NCBI GenBank assembly: GCA_963828525.1
Contig: CAWHEP010000014.1
Coordinates: forward strand, 326,199 to 390,198
Length of the DNA stretch: 64,000 bases
Source of the DNA: an uncultured Verrucomicrobiae bacterium
GTDB lineage: Bacteria; Verrucomicrobiota; Verrucomicrobiia; Chthoniobacterales; Chthoniobacteraceae
Reading direction: 5' to 3'
Below, in pieces: positions 30,236 to 38,775 of this stretch. Position 1 is the first letter of the stretch. Each line of letters starts with the position of its first letter. A program made the position numbers and the translations under genes. The notes under the pieces were generated by a model. That model was not told the origin of the DNA, searched no databases, and worked only from the letters and a program-made list of their open reading frames with translations.

Positions 30236-30404
30236 GTTTATTATCCATCATTAGTTTACATATCTCGTCATCGTGGCGCGTGTCCACGAAATCGATTCAC
30301 TCTCCAGCTTTTGCGTCGCATTCGTTTTATTAGGGGAAGGCCATCTGTTAAACCCGCTACGGACGAGCCCCGCGTCGGCTTCCGCCCGGAGCAGCGCCCC
30401 CCGA

Positions 30405-30926
30405 TCAGGTGCTGGACGGATGCGACGCCAGTGCTTCTTGAATAGTTTTCATCGGCAAGAACATTTCCAGCTCGTCACCCGGCAGCGCAACAAAGCCGAA
30501 TTGCTCGTAGTATCGCTTCGCGTCTTGATCTTTTGCATCGACGAAAAGACCTATCCCGCCAGCCGTGTTGAAAATCTCCATGAACTTTGCCATCGCGGCC
30601 ACCAGCAACTTTGTCCCTATGCCTTGGCGCTGGGCCGTCTTCGCGACCGCCAGGCGCCCCAACCGGACACCTGCAACATCACGCGGCAGCTTCTTTGCCT
30701 CCTGTGGTGTAAGCTGTTCCGATTTCACCTGACAAATATTAAGCGCGAAAAAGCCTAAGATGGGTTTTGGCGCGACCGCAGCCTCATCAACCAGTACAAA
30801 AGTTCTGGAGATTCCCCGTTGCGCGTGTTGCCGCGCGGTCTGCTTCAGGAAGACATTGAGCGGTTCCGTGCCGCAGTCGAATTGATCCCGGTCGTGGGAC
30901 TGCGCAAGCAATTCGATTCTATACAT
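30405..30926 (-). CDS. GNAT-family toxin (AtaT/TacT-like)
   Basis: HDRDQFDCGTEPLNVFLK, LGRLAVAKTAQRQGIG and VDAKD..AKRYYEQFGF motifs. Confidence 0.9.
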   Translation of the reverse strand: MYRIELLAQSHDRDQFDCGTEPLNVFLKQTARQHAQRGISRTFVLVDEAAVAPKPILGFFALNICQVKSEQLTPQEAKKLPRDVAGVRLGRLAVAKTAQRQGIGTKLLVAAMAKFMEIFNTAGGIGLFVDAKDQDAKRYYEQFGFVALPGDELEMFLPMKTIQEALASHPSST

Positions 30927-31203
30927 CCACCATGGCCTTGAACGTCTTCACGGCATCCTTAAGGCGCTTGGCGGGTTTCGGCGGATTGTCGAGGAGAGCC
31001 AGAACCTTGCGCGCGTCTCTTTGCGAAAGACGGATGATTGACTCGCGCTCAACGACACGCTGCGCCTCGCTGTAGGCGGCTTGCACGACGAATTGATTGA
31101 CCGTCGCGCCTAAAAGCTCCGCCGCCTGTTCCAACGTGTCACGAACACTGCCGGACACGCGGGCTGTAATGCGTTTGCGATGCTCTTCAAGAACCTGTGC
31201 CAT
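30919..31203 (-). CDS. DUF1778 RHH antitoxin
   Basis: RITARV..LEQAAELLGATVNQFVVQAA..IRLSQRD..LDNPPKP; overlaps the toxin gene. Confidence 0.9.
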   Translation of the reverse strand: MAQVLEEHRKRITARVSGSVRDTLEQAAELLGATVNQFVVQAAYSEAQRVVERESIIRLSQRDARKVLALLDNPPKPAKRLKDAVKTFKAMVDV

Positions 31204-31212
31204 AGATCTTAT

Positions 31213-31240
31213 GGTGCCACTTTGGCACCTACATTGTCAA
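31213..31240 (-). promoter_or_regulatory. TA promoter/operator
   Basis: Minus-strand TTGACA at 31240-31235 and a perfect inverted repeat GGTGCCA-ctt-TGGCACC at 31213-31229, just before the antitoxin ATG. Confidence 0.65.
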
Positions 31241-31253
31241 GGGTATCTTTCCA

Positions 31254-31645
31254 GGGGTCAGGCTGCATTTTTCAACAGCGCGATCCGCTGTGGAGCCCGC
31301 TGTCCCAAGTAGTTATCGACTACGATACGCAGGTCAATACCGCTCCGGTCCCTATGGCTCTTGATGAATCACGGAGACGCTGAGGTGCGCGGTCGGGAGG
31401 TTTTTTTGCACCACGGATTTCGCGGATTTTTTGGATGGGGACGATGCGCAATTTCGGAGGCAGTTGCGTGCCCAAGCGCAGCTTGGGAACGAGGCCGCAG
31501 AGGGGAGACGTCTCGCGCAAGGGCGCGGAGGACGCAAAGGAAGAGAAGAGGTTTTAACTCGGATGGCGCGGAGTTTCACGGATGCTGGAGGTATTTCATC
31601 TGCGCCGGAACGATGCTGTCTGTCAAGAAATGCAGGCTGACCCCC
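31254..31645 (+). repeat. Composite repeat copy C (full length)
   Basis: Terminal inverted repeats match at 20 of 24 positions; near-identical to copy B. Confidence 0.92.
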
Positions 31646-31656
31646 AAATGACGACT

Positions 31657-31996
31657 CAAGTAGTTATCGACTACGATACGCAGGTCAATACCGCTCCGGT
31701 CCTTATGGCTCTTGATGAATGACGAGACGCTGAGGTGCGCGGTCGGGAGGTTTTGTTGCACCACGGATTTCGCGGATGTTTTGGATGGCGACGATGCGCA
31801 ATTTTGGGAGGCAGTTGCGTGCCCAAGCGCAGCTTGGGAACGAGGCCGCAGAGGGGAGACGTCTCGCGCAAGGGCGCGGAGGACGCAAAGGAAGAGAAGA
31901 GGTTTTAACTCGGATGGCGCGGAGTTTCACGGATGCTGGAGGTATTTCATCTGTGCTGGAACGATGCTGTCTGTCAAGAAATGCAGGCTGACCCCC
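31657..31996 (+). repeat. Composite repeat copy D (left ~55 bp missing), tandem to C
   Basis: Starts at CAAGTAGTTATCGAC and ends CTGACCCCC. Confidence 0.9.
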
Positions 31997-32536
31997 AAAG
32001 GACCCCCCATGAGGTGACCAATGAGCATCGTTGGAACTGTTGCGAGCAAGCGTTCGGAATTAGTCGCCGTTGCCACCGCAATGCTTGAGGATCGGCTAAA
32101 CCTGATTGAAGAGAGTGCTGGAAATCTGTGCCCTTCGACATCTTGCTGGTGATCCTGAAAACGATGTTTTCATGCCAATCCGCGCCATCGAATCGGAAAC
32201 GGATCATTTTCCGCTTGCTGAAATGCGCCAACACTGTGCTGCCGACTATTACAGCGAATAGACGCGGAGATCAGCCGGTATATGTTGCCGACGCAAGGCA
32301 GGATATTTTGTTAGCGTGCAGGGAAATCGTTCGCGTCTTTTCATGACCGGTGGCGCGGGCTGGAGTCAACTACGCACACTGGACGAAACACGTCATCCGG
32401 TTGGGAATCCTCCCTCTTCGTCTCGCGATCAGTTATTAGTTCCTTCAAAACCGCAGCGCCCATGCCGCGCTTGCGCGCGGCACGGGCACGGCGCCCTTGG
32501 AGAGTCACGCTTTCCAGGGGTCAGTCACGCTTTCCA

Positions 32537-32929
32537 GGGGTCAGGCTGCATTTTTGAACAGCGCGACCCGCTGTGGAGCCCGCTGTCCCAAGTAGTTATC
32601 GACTACGATACGCAGGTCAATACCGCTCCGGTCCCTATGGCTCTTGATGAATGACGAGACGCTGAGGTGCGCGGTCGGGAGGTTTTTTTCGCACGACGGA
32701 TTTCGCGGATTTTTTGGATGGCGACGATGCGCAATTTCGGGAGGCAGTTGCGTGCCCAAGCGCAGCTTGGGAACGAGGCCGCAGAGGGGAGACGTCTCGC
32801 GCAAGGGCGCGGAGGACGCAAAGGAAGAGAAGAGGTTTTAACTCGGATGGCGCGCAGTTTCACGGATGCTGGAGGTATTTCATCTGCGCTGGAACGATGC
32901 TGTCTGTCAAGAAATGCAGGCTGACCCCC
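32537..32929 (+). repeat. Composite repeat copy E (full length)
   Basis: Both terminal inverted repeats present. A 20-bp tandem duplication (32503-32542) overlaps its left end. Confidence 0.92.
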
Positions 32930-33047
32930 AAAGGACGACCCCCTCTCCAGCTTTTGCGTCGCATTCGTTTTATTAGGGGAAGGCCATCTGTTAAACCCGC
33001 TACGGACGAGCCCCGCGTCGGCTTCCGCCCGGAGCAGCGCCCCCCGA

Positions 33048-33568
33048 TCAGGTGCTGGACGGATGCGACGCCAGTGCTTCTTGGATAGTTTTCATCGGCA
33101 AGAACATTTCCAGCTCGTCACCCGGCAGCGCAACAAAGCCGAATTGCTCGTAGTATCGCTTCGCGTCTTGATCTTTTGCATCGACGAAAAGACCTATCCC
33201 GCCAGCCGTGTTGAAAATCTCCATGAACTTTGCCATCGCGGCCACCAGCAACTTTGTCCCTATGCCTTGGCGCTGGGCCGTCTTCGCGACCGCCAGGCGC
33301 CCCAACCGGACACCTGCAACATCACGCGGCAGCTTCTTTGCCTCCTGTGGTGTAAGCTGTTCCGATTTCACCTGACAAATATTAAGCGCGAAAAAGCCTA
33401 AGATGGGTTTTGGCGCGACCGCAGCCTCATCAACCAGTACAAAGTTCTGGAGATTCCCCGTTGCGCGTGTTGCCGCGCGGTCTGCTTCAGGAAGACATTG
33501 AGCGGTTCCGTGCCGCAGTCGAATTGATCCCGGTCGTGGGACTGCGCAAGCAATTCGATTCTATACAT
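33048..33568 (-). pseudogene. GNAT toxin copy 2 with a 1-bp deletion
   Basis: GTACAAAG at 33437 versus GTACAAAAG in copy 1. Confidence 0.85.
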
Positions 33569-33845
33569 CCACCATGGCCTTGAACGTCTTCACGGCATCC
33601 TTAAGGCGCTTGGCGGGTTTCGGCGGATTGTCGAGGAGAGCCAGAACCTTGCGCGCGTCTCTTTGCGAAAGACGGATGATTGACTCGCGCTCAACGACAC
33701 GCTGCGCCTCGCTGTAGGCGGCTTGCACGACGAATTGATTGACCGTCGCGCCTAAAAGCTCCGCCGCCTGTTCCAACGTGTCACGAACACTGCCGGACAC
33801 GCGGGCTGTAATGCGTTTGCGATGCTCTTCAAGAACCTGTGCCAT
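33561..33845 (-). CDS. DUF1778 antitoxin copy 2
   Basis: Protein identical to 30919-31203. Confidence 0.9.
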   Translation of the reverse strand: MAQVLEEHRKRITARVSGSVRDTLEQAAELLGATVNQFVVQAAYSEAQRVVERESIIRLSQRDARKVLALLDNPPKPAKRLKDAVKTFKAMVDV

Positions 33846-34092
33846 AGATCTTATGGTGCCACTTTGGCACCGACATTGTCAAGGGCCTTCCTCGAATTCT
33901 ATCGCGCTCGCGATCACTGCATCCTTGCTGTTTCTCCCCCCAAGCTCGATTTAGCCGTTTCCTCCTCACCGCCTCGCTCATTGCTCCGTCCTGCTTGATC
34001 GGGCGTAATTGTCCTCATTCAAGTGCAACACCCCACGATGCAATTCCAGGTTCCAGTTTTGACAGAGTCCGCATAGACCTTACCTTCTCTTC

Positions 34093-34341
34093 GTGGATGT
34101 GCTGACCTGCAAACTTCCATCTGAGCGCAGCGGTCGCTTGGCCGATTTGGCCAGACGCCGAGGCGTCCCAAAATCTGTTCTTGTTCGGGAGGCTATCGAT
34201 GCTTGGATGGCTGGAGAGGCGGAGGCGCCACGCAGCGCTGCCAATTTAATCGAAGCTCTCGGCGACAGCGTCGGTTCGGTGGCATCGGGGAAACGGGATC
34301 TCGCCCGAAATAAAAGGCATGTCCAAGGCTACGGCCGATGA
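34093..34341 (+). CDS. CopG/RHH antitoxin
   Basis: LTCKLP..LADLARRRGVPKSVLVREAI and DLARNKRHVQGYG; overlaps the PIN gene. Confidence 0.85.
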   Translation: MDVLTCKLPSERSGRLADLARRRGVPKSVLVREAIDAWMAGEAEAPRSAANLIEALGDSVGSVASGKRDLARNKRHVQGYGR

Positions 34342-34763
34342 AGTGCGTCATCGCTGACACCGGCGCGCTCGTCGCCATCCTCGACGGCGATGATCAGGAT
34401 CACGCATGGGTTATTCGCGAAGGTCGGCGACTGCCGCCCAAAATGCTCTCCTGTGAAGCTGTCTTGTCCGAGGTTCACTTTCTCACGCGAGACATCCCTG
34501 AGGCGAAGCAGCGAATCGAAAGCTGGCTAGCCGACGGCAGATTGGAGCTGCCTTTCAGTGTGCGCGACCATCACACCACGATTCACGAACTGATGACTCG
34601 CTATGTCAACGTTCCCATGTCCTTCGCAGACGCCTGCCTCGTCCGCATGTCCGAGCTCTGGCTTGAAGCCCCAGTCTTCACACTTGACTCCGACTTTCGC
34701 ATCTATCGCAGAAATAAGCGCCAGTCGCTCCCTTTGGTCTGCCCGGGATCGAGCCTCATTTGA
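34338..34763 (+). CDS. PIN-domain (VapC-like) toxin
   Basis: IADTGALVA, CEAVLSE, MSFADACLV and FTLDSDF motifs. Confidence 0.9.
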   Translation: MKCVIADTGALVAILDGDDQDHAWVIREGRRLPPKMLSCEAVLSEVHFLTRDIPEAKQRIESWLADGRLELPFSVRDHHTTIHELMTRYVNVPMSFADACLVRMSELWLEAPVFTLDSDFRIYRRNKRQSLPLVCPGSSLI

Positions 34764-34904
34764 TGGGTCTTCTAATTCCCGCTGAGAAATACCAGCCGCG
34801 CCGGAGAACATAAGAGTTACGCGCGCGGCACGGTCCCCATCGGCACCGCTTCGCCCCCTTTGTTGGCGCACAGGGGCGGTGAGTCTTTGACTGAAATGGG
34901 AAGG

Positions 34905-34946
34905 GCCTGCTATTTCAGTTCTGAACCACTTATTGAAATAGCGGGC
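34905..34946. other. Intergenic hairpin
   Basis: GCCTGCTATTTCA pairs with TGAAATAGCGGGC, a 13-bp stem with one G-U pair. Confidence 0.5.
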
Positions 34947-35089
34947 TGCGAGGAGAGTGCTCCGCTAGACTTCAAAGTCGTGAAAGCGCTCCGGTGAAAT
35001 TATCGCTGCTCCTGACGCTCCGCGATAGGCGCAGTCCATGCTGAAGAGTTTAGCAGGCGCGGGTTAGTTGCCGGACGTGGGAAGGTTGC

Positions 35090-35115
35090 GGACGCCTACG
35101 GCGATGCGTCCCTAC
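35090..35115 (-). repeat. Single GTAG-type REP element
   Basis: Minus strand reads GTAG-GGACGC-atcgccgtag-GCGTCC: GTAG followed by a hairpin. Confidence 0.55.
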
Positions 35116-35390
35116 GTTGGGATTTCGTGCCATGCGCTTCTTTCCTCTCGTTACTCGCTAGTGTGGGTGAGGTTATGCCCACTCACGCGGACGGTCAGCC
35201 CGTTTCCCGCCAGGCGATGGGGAGATAGTCTGCTTGCAGGAAATGGCGACATGGGCGCGGCACTTGGCTGGCAGGATCGCCACTGCACGACGTGCTTTCG
35301 AAAGCCAAATCCATCACGATCTCAGTGAGATTCTGACGCAGCGATAACCCGCAACACGGCACTCGCCGCGTAGCTACACTATGCGTTTGA

Positions 35391-38300
35391 TCAACGCATT
35401 GCGGTGCCGCCCGAAGGACCAACATGGGCGGTGACGGACGGCGAAACGCCGCCAGCATTGATGGCTGTGACCTGGTAGTCGTAGTTTTTGGAAGGGTCTA
35501 TATGGTCATCAGCCTTTTTCTCGTTTTTCTTCTTGGCGTGATTGCTGTCTGTCCACGTTGTCTCCAGCATGGTGGTAACAAAGTTCTCGGGCCACTTGAA
35601 CTGGGGGCCGTTCATCGAACGGTAAATCACGTAACCGGTCGCTCCAGGAACAGCCGACCATTTCAGAGTGATGCCTATGCCCTGGCGGTTTTTTGTCCAG
35701 TTTCCCACGAAGGACTGCGGGCCGGCGGCAGGAGGTTGAGGCAGAGGATGGGCATCGACGGCGACGGAGGCGGCGCTGCTGCCCGCCGCGTTCACAGCTT
35801 TGACGAAATAGCGATATCTCTTGCCATCGGTCGGCGTCGTATCAACAAAACTCGTTCCACCCACCTGATCGTTTAGCATGATGGTGCCAAGGCCGTAAAA
35901 GGCTCCAACGCCATTGCCGTGCAGAGTGGTCCGCCAGACCTGGTAGAAGTCGGCGCGGTTGGATGGTGTCCAGTTGAGCGTCACGTTATGGTGGCCTGAC
36001 GAAACAATATTCACCCTGAACGGGGCCGCAGGGGCGCCGGCTGCGAGCGTGGCGGAAGCGGCGACGGGCGCGCTGGCCGCCGAGACTGCGCTTTGACCCT
36101 TGGCGTTTTTGGAGATGATCCGGTAGTAGCATCGAGTGCCATTTGCCGCTGTCGCATCGGTGTAGGTCATGCTCAACGCGTCGCTGCCGCAGACGGTGCC
36201 TACTATTCCGACCGCCAACGGCGTGTATCCCGACGTGAGGGTCGACGAACGCAGGATATCGTATGCGGTCGCTCCCGGAACTACTGGCCAGGTTACAAGG
36301 ACGGAATTGTTGCCGGCATAGGCGGCAACCCGACTGGGAGCGGGCGGGACGTAGCCCGGGATCTCAAGCCGGAGATAGTCCATCATAAGGTAATCGCTCA
36401 AACCTCTGCCGTTCACGTTGATGGTGATCGTGTTTTGCCCCGCTTTAAAGGCGCTGCTCGGGAAATACAGACGCTCGTCGGAGAATGGGCCGTGAACTCC
36501 GCAATGGATGCTGCTGTCATCGGAGTAAGCGGGAAAATAGCCGGTCGGCGTGAGCTCGGCAGGAGCGCCTTTTGCTCCAGACAAAGTGGCGACGTCTTTG
36601 CCATTGATGCTAACGCTCACCTGATTTTTTGGGAATCGCTGGTCTCCATCATACCCAGCCGCCCCGATGTATAAGGAAGCAGTCACTCCGGCTGGCGGAG
36701 CGGACGCCAGATCGAACATTATATTTCCTTTGCAAGGTTGGTAGTCCCCATTCGTGTCGGGCAGCGAAGGGAGGATATAATTCCAATCTGTTGACCAGCG
36801 GTTTTGGCCCACGGTGTAGTTCAGACCGTTCGGAAAATCGAAAGGGAACTCCATTTGAGGACCCCAAATAGGCGTTGGGAATCCCAACTTCGGCTGATCA
36901 TCGGGGAAGGAGTAATCTTCACCATGACGGAACTTATCGGCTTTGCGGTTAGGATAACCGATTTCGAACACGGTCGAGCCGACCCGTGTCGGGGTCCAGA
37001 TTACAGTGCCCAACTGGCCCGTCACGCCCGGCGCGACCTTCACAGAGAAGGGTTTCGCTGGGACGTCGCATTCCAGAGGAGGATTCCCTCCGCTCTGCGG
37101 TTGAGAAAGGAATGTGCCGGCCGCGCCAGGCCCGTAAGCCCAGAGCGTGTAATTTTGCCCCGGAAGGACGTTCGCAAGGGTGAAATTCCCAGCGGCGTCG
37201 GTTTGTGTAAAATATTGATAGGGCTTAAACCATTTCTGGAAATCGCGCGCGTTATGAATGGTTATGGGCTGCTCCACCAGGCCTACCCAGATGCCCGCGT
37301 TCGAAGCTTGCGGGTTGCCGCTGTCCTGAATGCGAATCGTCCCTTGAACGGTTCCTCGTCCCGAAGCCTGAGGGTACTTATCGTTCTTGAACCATTTGTA
37401 GGGCCATGCTTTCTTCTCCGCCTCGGCCTGGGCCAAGGCATCCTTGTAAAGGTATTGCGCCGCAGCCGCAGGGTCGGTGATCGACGCGGGCGCGCTGTTC
37501 AGATAGATGAACCAGGGTCCGCAGGTTTTCGTCCATAGCTCTCCCTGCCCGAAACTGCCATCTCCGCCCATACCGAGTTCACCCGTGAGAATGGAGTTGT
37601 TGAGTTCGCTGTAAGGATAGCAGGAGACATCCCGCTTGAGCGGCCCGCCGTTGCTGAAATCCATGTTCGTCATCATCCAGCGGCCTACGTTCAACCCTTT
37701 TGGGCCCACACTGCTCCATCCCCAAGCCCTAAGGTCGGCGTGGTCCTGCCCGTAAATGAATTTGTCATCCAGTTCTCCCTGCCGGCTTCCGTTCAGACCC
37801 ACGGAGATCTCATGCGGAGAATTGGGAATGCCCGAGCCCTTGTCCGTTGGGGTGCCGATCAGAAAATTGCGGGTGTCGTCCGCGCTAAGCCAATTAAAAT
37901 TGGGCGGCACCCGTGTAACGACTCCCCATGCCGTCAAATTGACCGGTTGATCTTGCGCCCGATGCGTCTGGATAGCCGTCGAGTAGAAGCCGGGGGAACC
38001 GCGGAGCATGGAAAAATGAACCTCAATGATCCCCAAGTCGGGTGTGTCGCTGACCATCATAACGTCGCCGTAGTCACCACCGTTGCGAGCGGGATCAACA
38101 GCCAGGGTGTATTTGAAATTCGCGCTTTGGTGCGCCATGTCCATGCCACCCATGCTAAAGCCCCCGTAGTAATATTGGCCGGCGCCTTTCAGTGTGGATG
38201 ACGTGCGGCTCGTGCCATTGTTGTTGTAGGTATAATCCAGCGTATCGAGATGGGGACCGCGCTTGGTGATGGCGATCGAGCAGATACCGTTGGACAGGAC

Positions 38301-38507
38301 GATCTCCTTATCTCTATCCGTTACCGTGACGTTTGGACCCTGGCCATTGCCACCGCCGGCGATGTTCGCAAGGCTGGGCGCGGGTCTTAACGTCACGCAT
38401 GCCAGAAGGAGCGCGACGCAAAGCAGCGAACCCCTCCCGGCGCGGATTGAGGAACGGCAGAGAACGAGTGGAGACGATGGGAAACGCATAAGGATGGGGT
38501 AGGACAA
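35391..38507 (-). CDS. Polysaccharide lyase family 4 (rhamnogalacturonan lyase-like) with C-terminal fibronectin type III repeats
   Basis: Signal peptide. GSPGFYS, WPYKW, RGTVQG, EIGYPNR, WSTDWNY and MDYLRLE motifs. FN3 patterns (TWPVVPGATAYDILRS). Confidence 0.8.
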   Translation of the reverse strand: MSYPILMRFPSSPLVLCRSSIRAGRGSLLCVALLLACVTLRPAPSLANIAGGGNGQGPNVTVTDRDKEIVLSNGICSIAITKRGPHLDTLDYTYNNNGTSRTSSTLKGAGQYYYGGFSMGGMDMAHQSANFKYTLAVDPARNGGDYGDVMMVSDTPDLGIIEVHFSMLRGSPGFYSTAIQTHRAQDQPVNLTAWGVVTRVPPNFNWLSADDTRNFLIGTPTDKGSGIPNSPHEISVGLNGSRQGELDDKFIYGQDHADLRAWGWSSVGPKGLNVGRWMMTNMDFSNGGPLKRDVSCYPYSELNNSILTGELGMGGDGSFGQGELWTKTCGPWFIYLNSAPASITDPAAAAQYLYKDALAQAEAEKKAWPYKWFKNDKYPQASGRGTVQGTIRIQDSGNPQASNAGIWVGLVEQPITIHNARDFQKWFKPYQYFTQTDAAGNFTLANVLPGQNYTLWAYGPGAAGTFLSQPQSGGNPPLECDVPAKPFSVKVAPGVTGQLGTVIWTPTRVGSTVFEIGYPNRKADKFRHGEDYSFPDDQPKLGFPTPIWGPQMEFPFDFPNGLNYTVGQNRWSTDWNYILPSLPDTNGDYQPCKGNIMFDLASAPPAGVTASLYIGAAGYDGDQRFPKNQVSVSINGKDVATLSGAKGAPAELTPTGYFPAYSDDSSIHCGVHGPFSDERLYFPSSAFKAGQNTITINVNGRGLSDYLMMDYLRLEIPGYVPPAPSRVAAYAGNNSVLVTWPVVPGATAYDILRSSTLTSGYTPLAVGIVGTVCGSDALSMTYTDATAANGTRCYYRIISKNAKGQSAVSAASAPVAASATLAAGAPAAPFRVNIVSSGHHNVTLNWTPSNRADFYQVWRTTLHGNGVGAFYGLGTIMLNDQVGGTSFVDTTPTDGKRYRYFVKAVNAAGSSAASVAVDAHPLPQPPAAGPQSFVGNWTKNRQGIGITLKWSAVPGATGYVIYRSMNGPQFKWPENFVTTMLETTWTDSNHAKKKNEKKADDHIDPSKNYDYQVTAINAGGVSPSVTAHVGPSGGTAMR

Positions 38508-38652
38508 ACGGTGTATTCGTCAGCGAGACGCTGACGGAAGCAAGCTGGAGCCTATTCAGAACACTCCTCCCTGTAAACTGAGATTTCTCTCCCCTGCGGA
38601 GCGCTCACCGAAACACCCCTCAGGGCTGGCTTGTGGGACTGGTTTGGCCTCG

Positions 38653-38694
38653 TGCATTCCGCACGGCGCAAGGCGCCCCGCGTTGCATAACGCG
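38653..38694. promoter_or_regulatory. Tandem enhancer sites upstream of kdp, 31 bp apart
   Basis: TGCATTCCGCA at 38653-38663 and TGCATAACGCG at 38684-38694. 38653-38666 is the exact reverse complement of 21245-21258. Confidence 0.7.
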
Positions 38695-38775
38695 GGTTCA
38701 TGAGCAACGCGCCCGGGGTGGTGAGAGCCGCGCAACTAGCTCTCCCGGAGACAGATATGCCGATCGGCTCCGCGG

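Larger units (their letters stand above)
30300..31243. repeat. 944-bp duplicated TA segment, copy 1
   Basis: Matches 32943-33885 apart from two substitutions and one 1-bp deletion that I noticed. Confidence 0.92.
32943..33885. repeat. Duplicated TA segment, copy 2
   Basis: Direct repeat of 30300-31243. Confidence 0.92.

Noticed and set aside
31598..31626. Minus-strand promoter from TTGACA in the right inverted repeat driving cargo genes
   Set aside because: No convincing -10 at 16-18 bp (ACAGAT/GCAGAT); unsupported without transcript data.
31997..32500. Cargo gene between repeats D and E
   Set aside because: Only short ORFs with no recognisable motifs. It may be a fragment but I cannot support a call.
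23917..32929. CRISPR array or classical integron attC array
   Set aside because: Units are ~390 bp with kb-scale irregular spacing. No cas or intI gene is present, and I found no RYYYAAC/GTTRRRY core pair at the ends.
23758..33088. Recurrent short ORFs such as MRETSPLCGLVPKLRLGTQLPP and MDGDDAQFRR
   Set aside because: They are translations of the non-coding repeat. Indels between copies break their frames.
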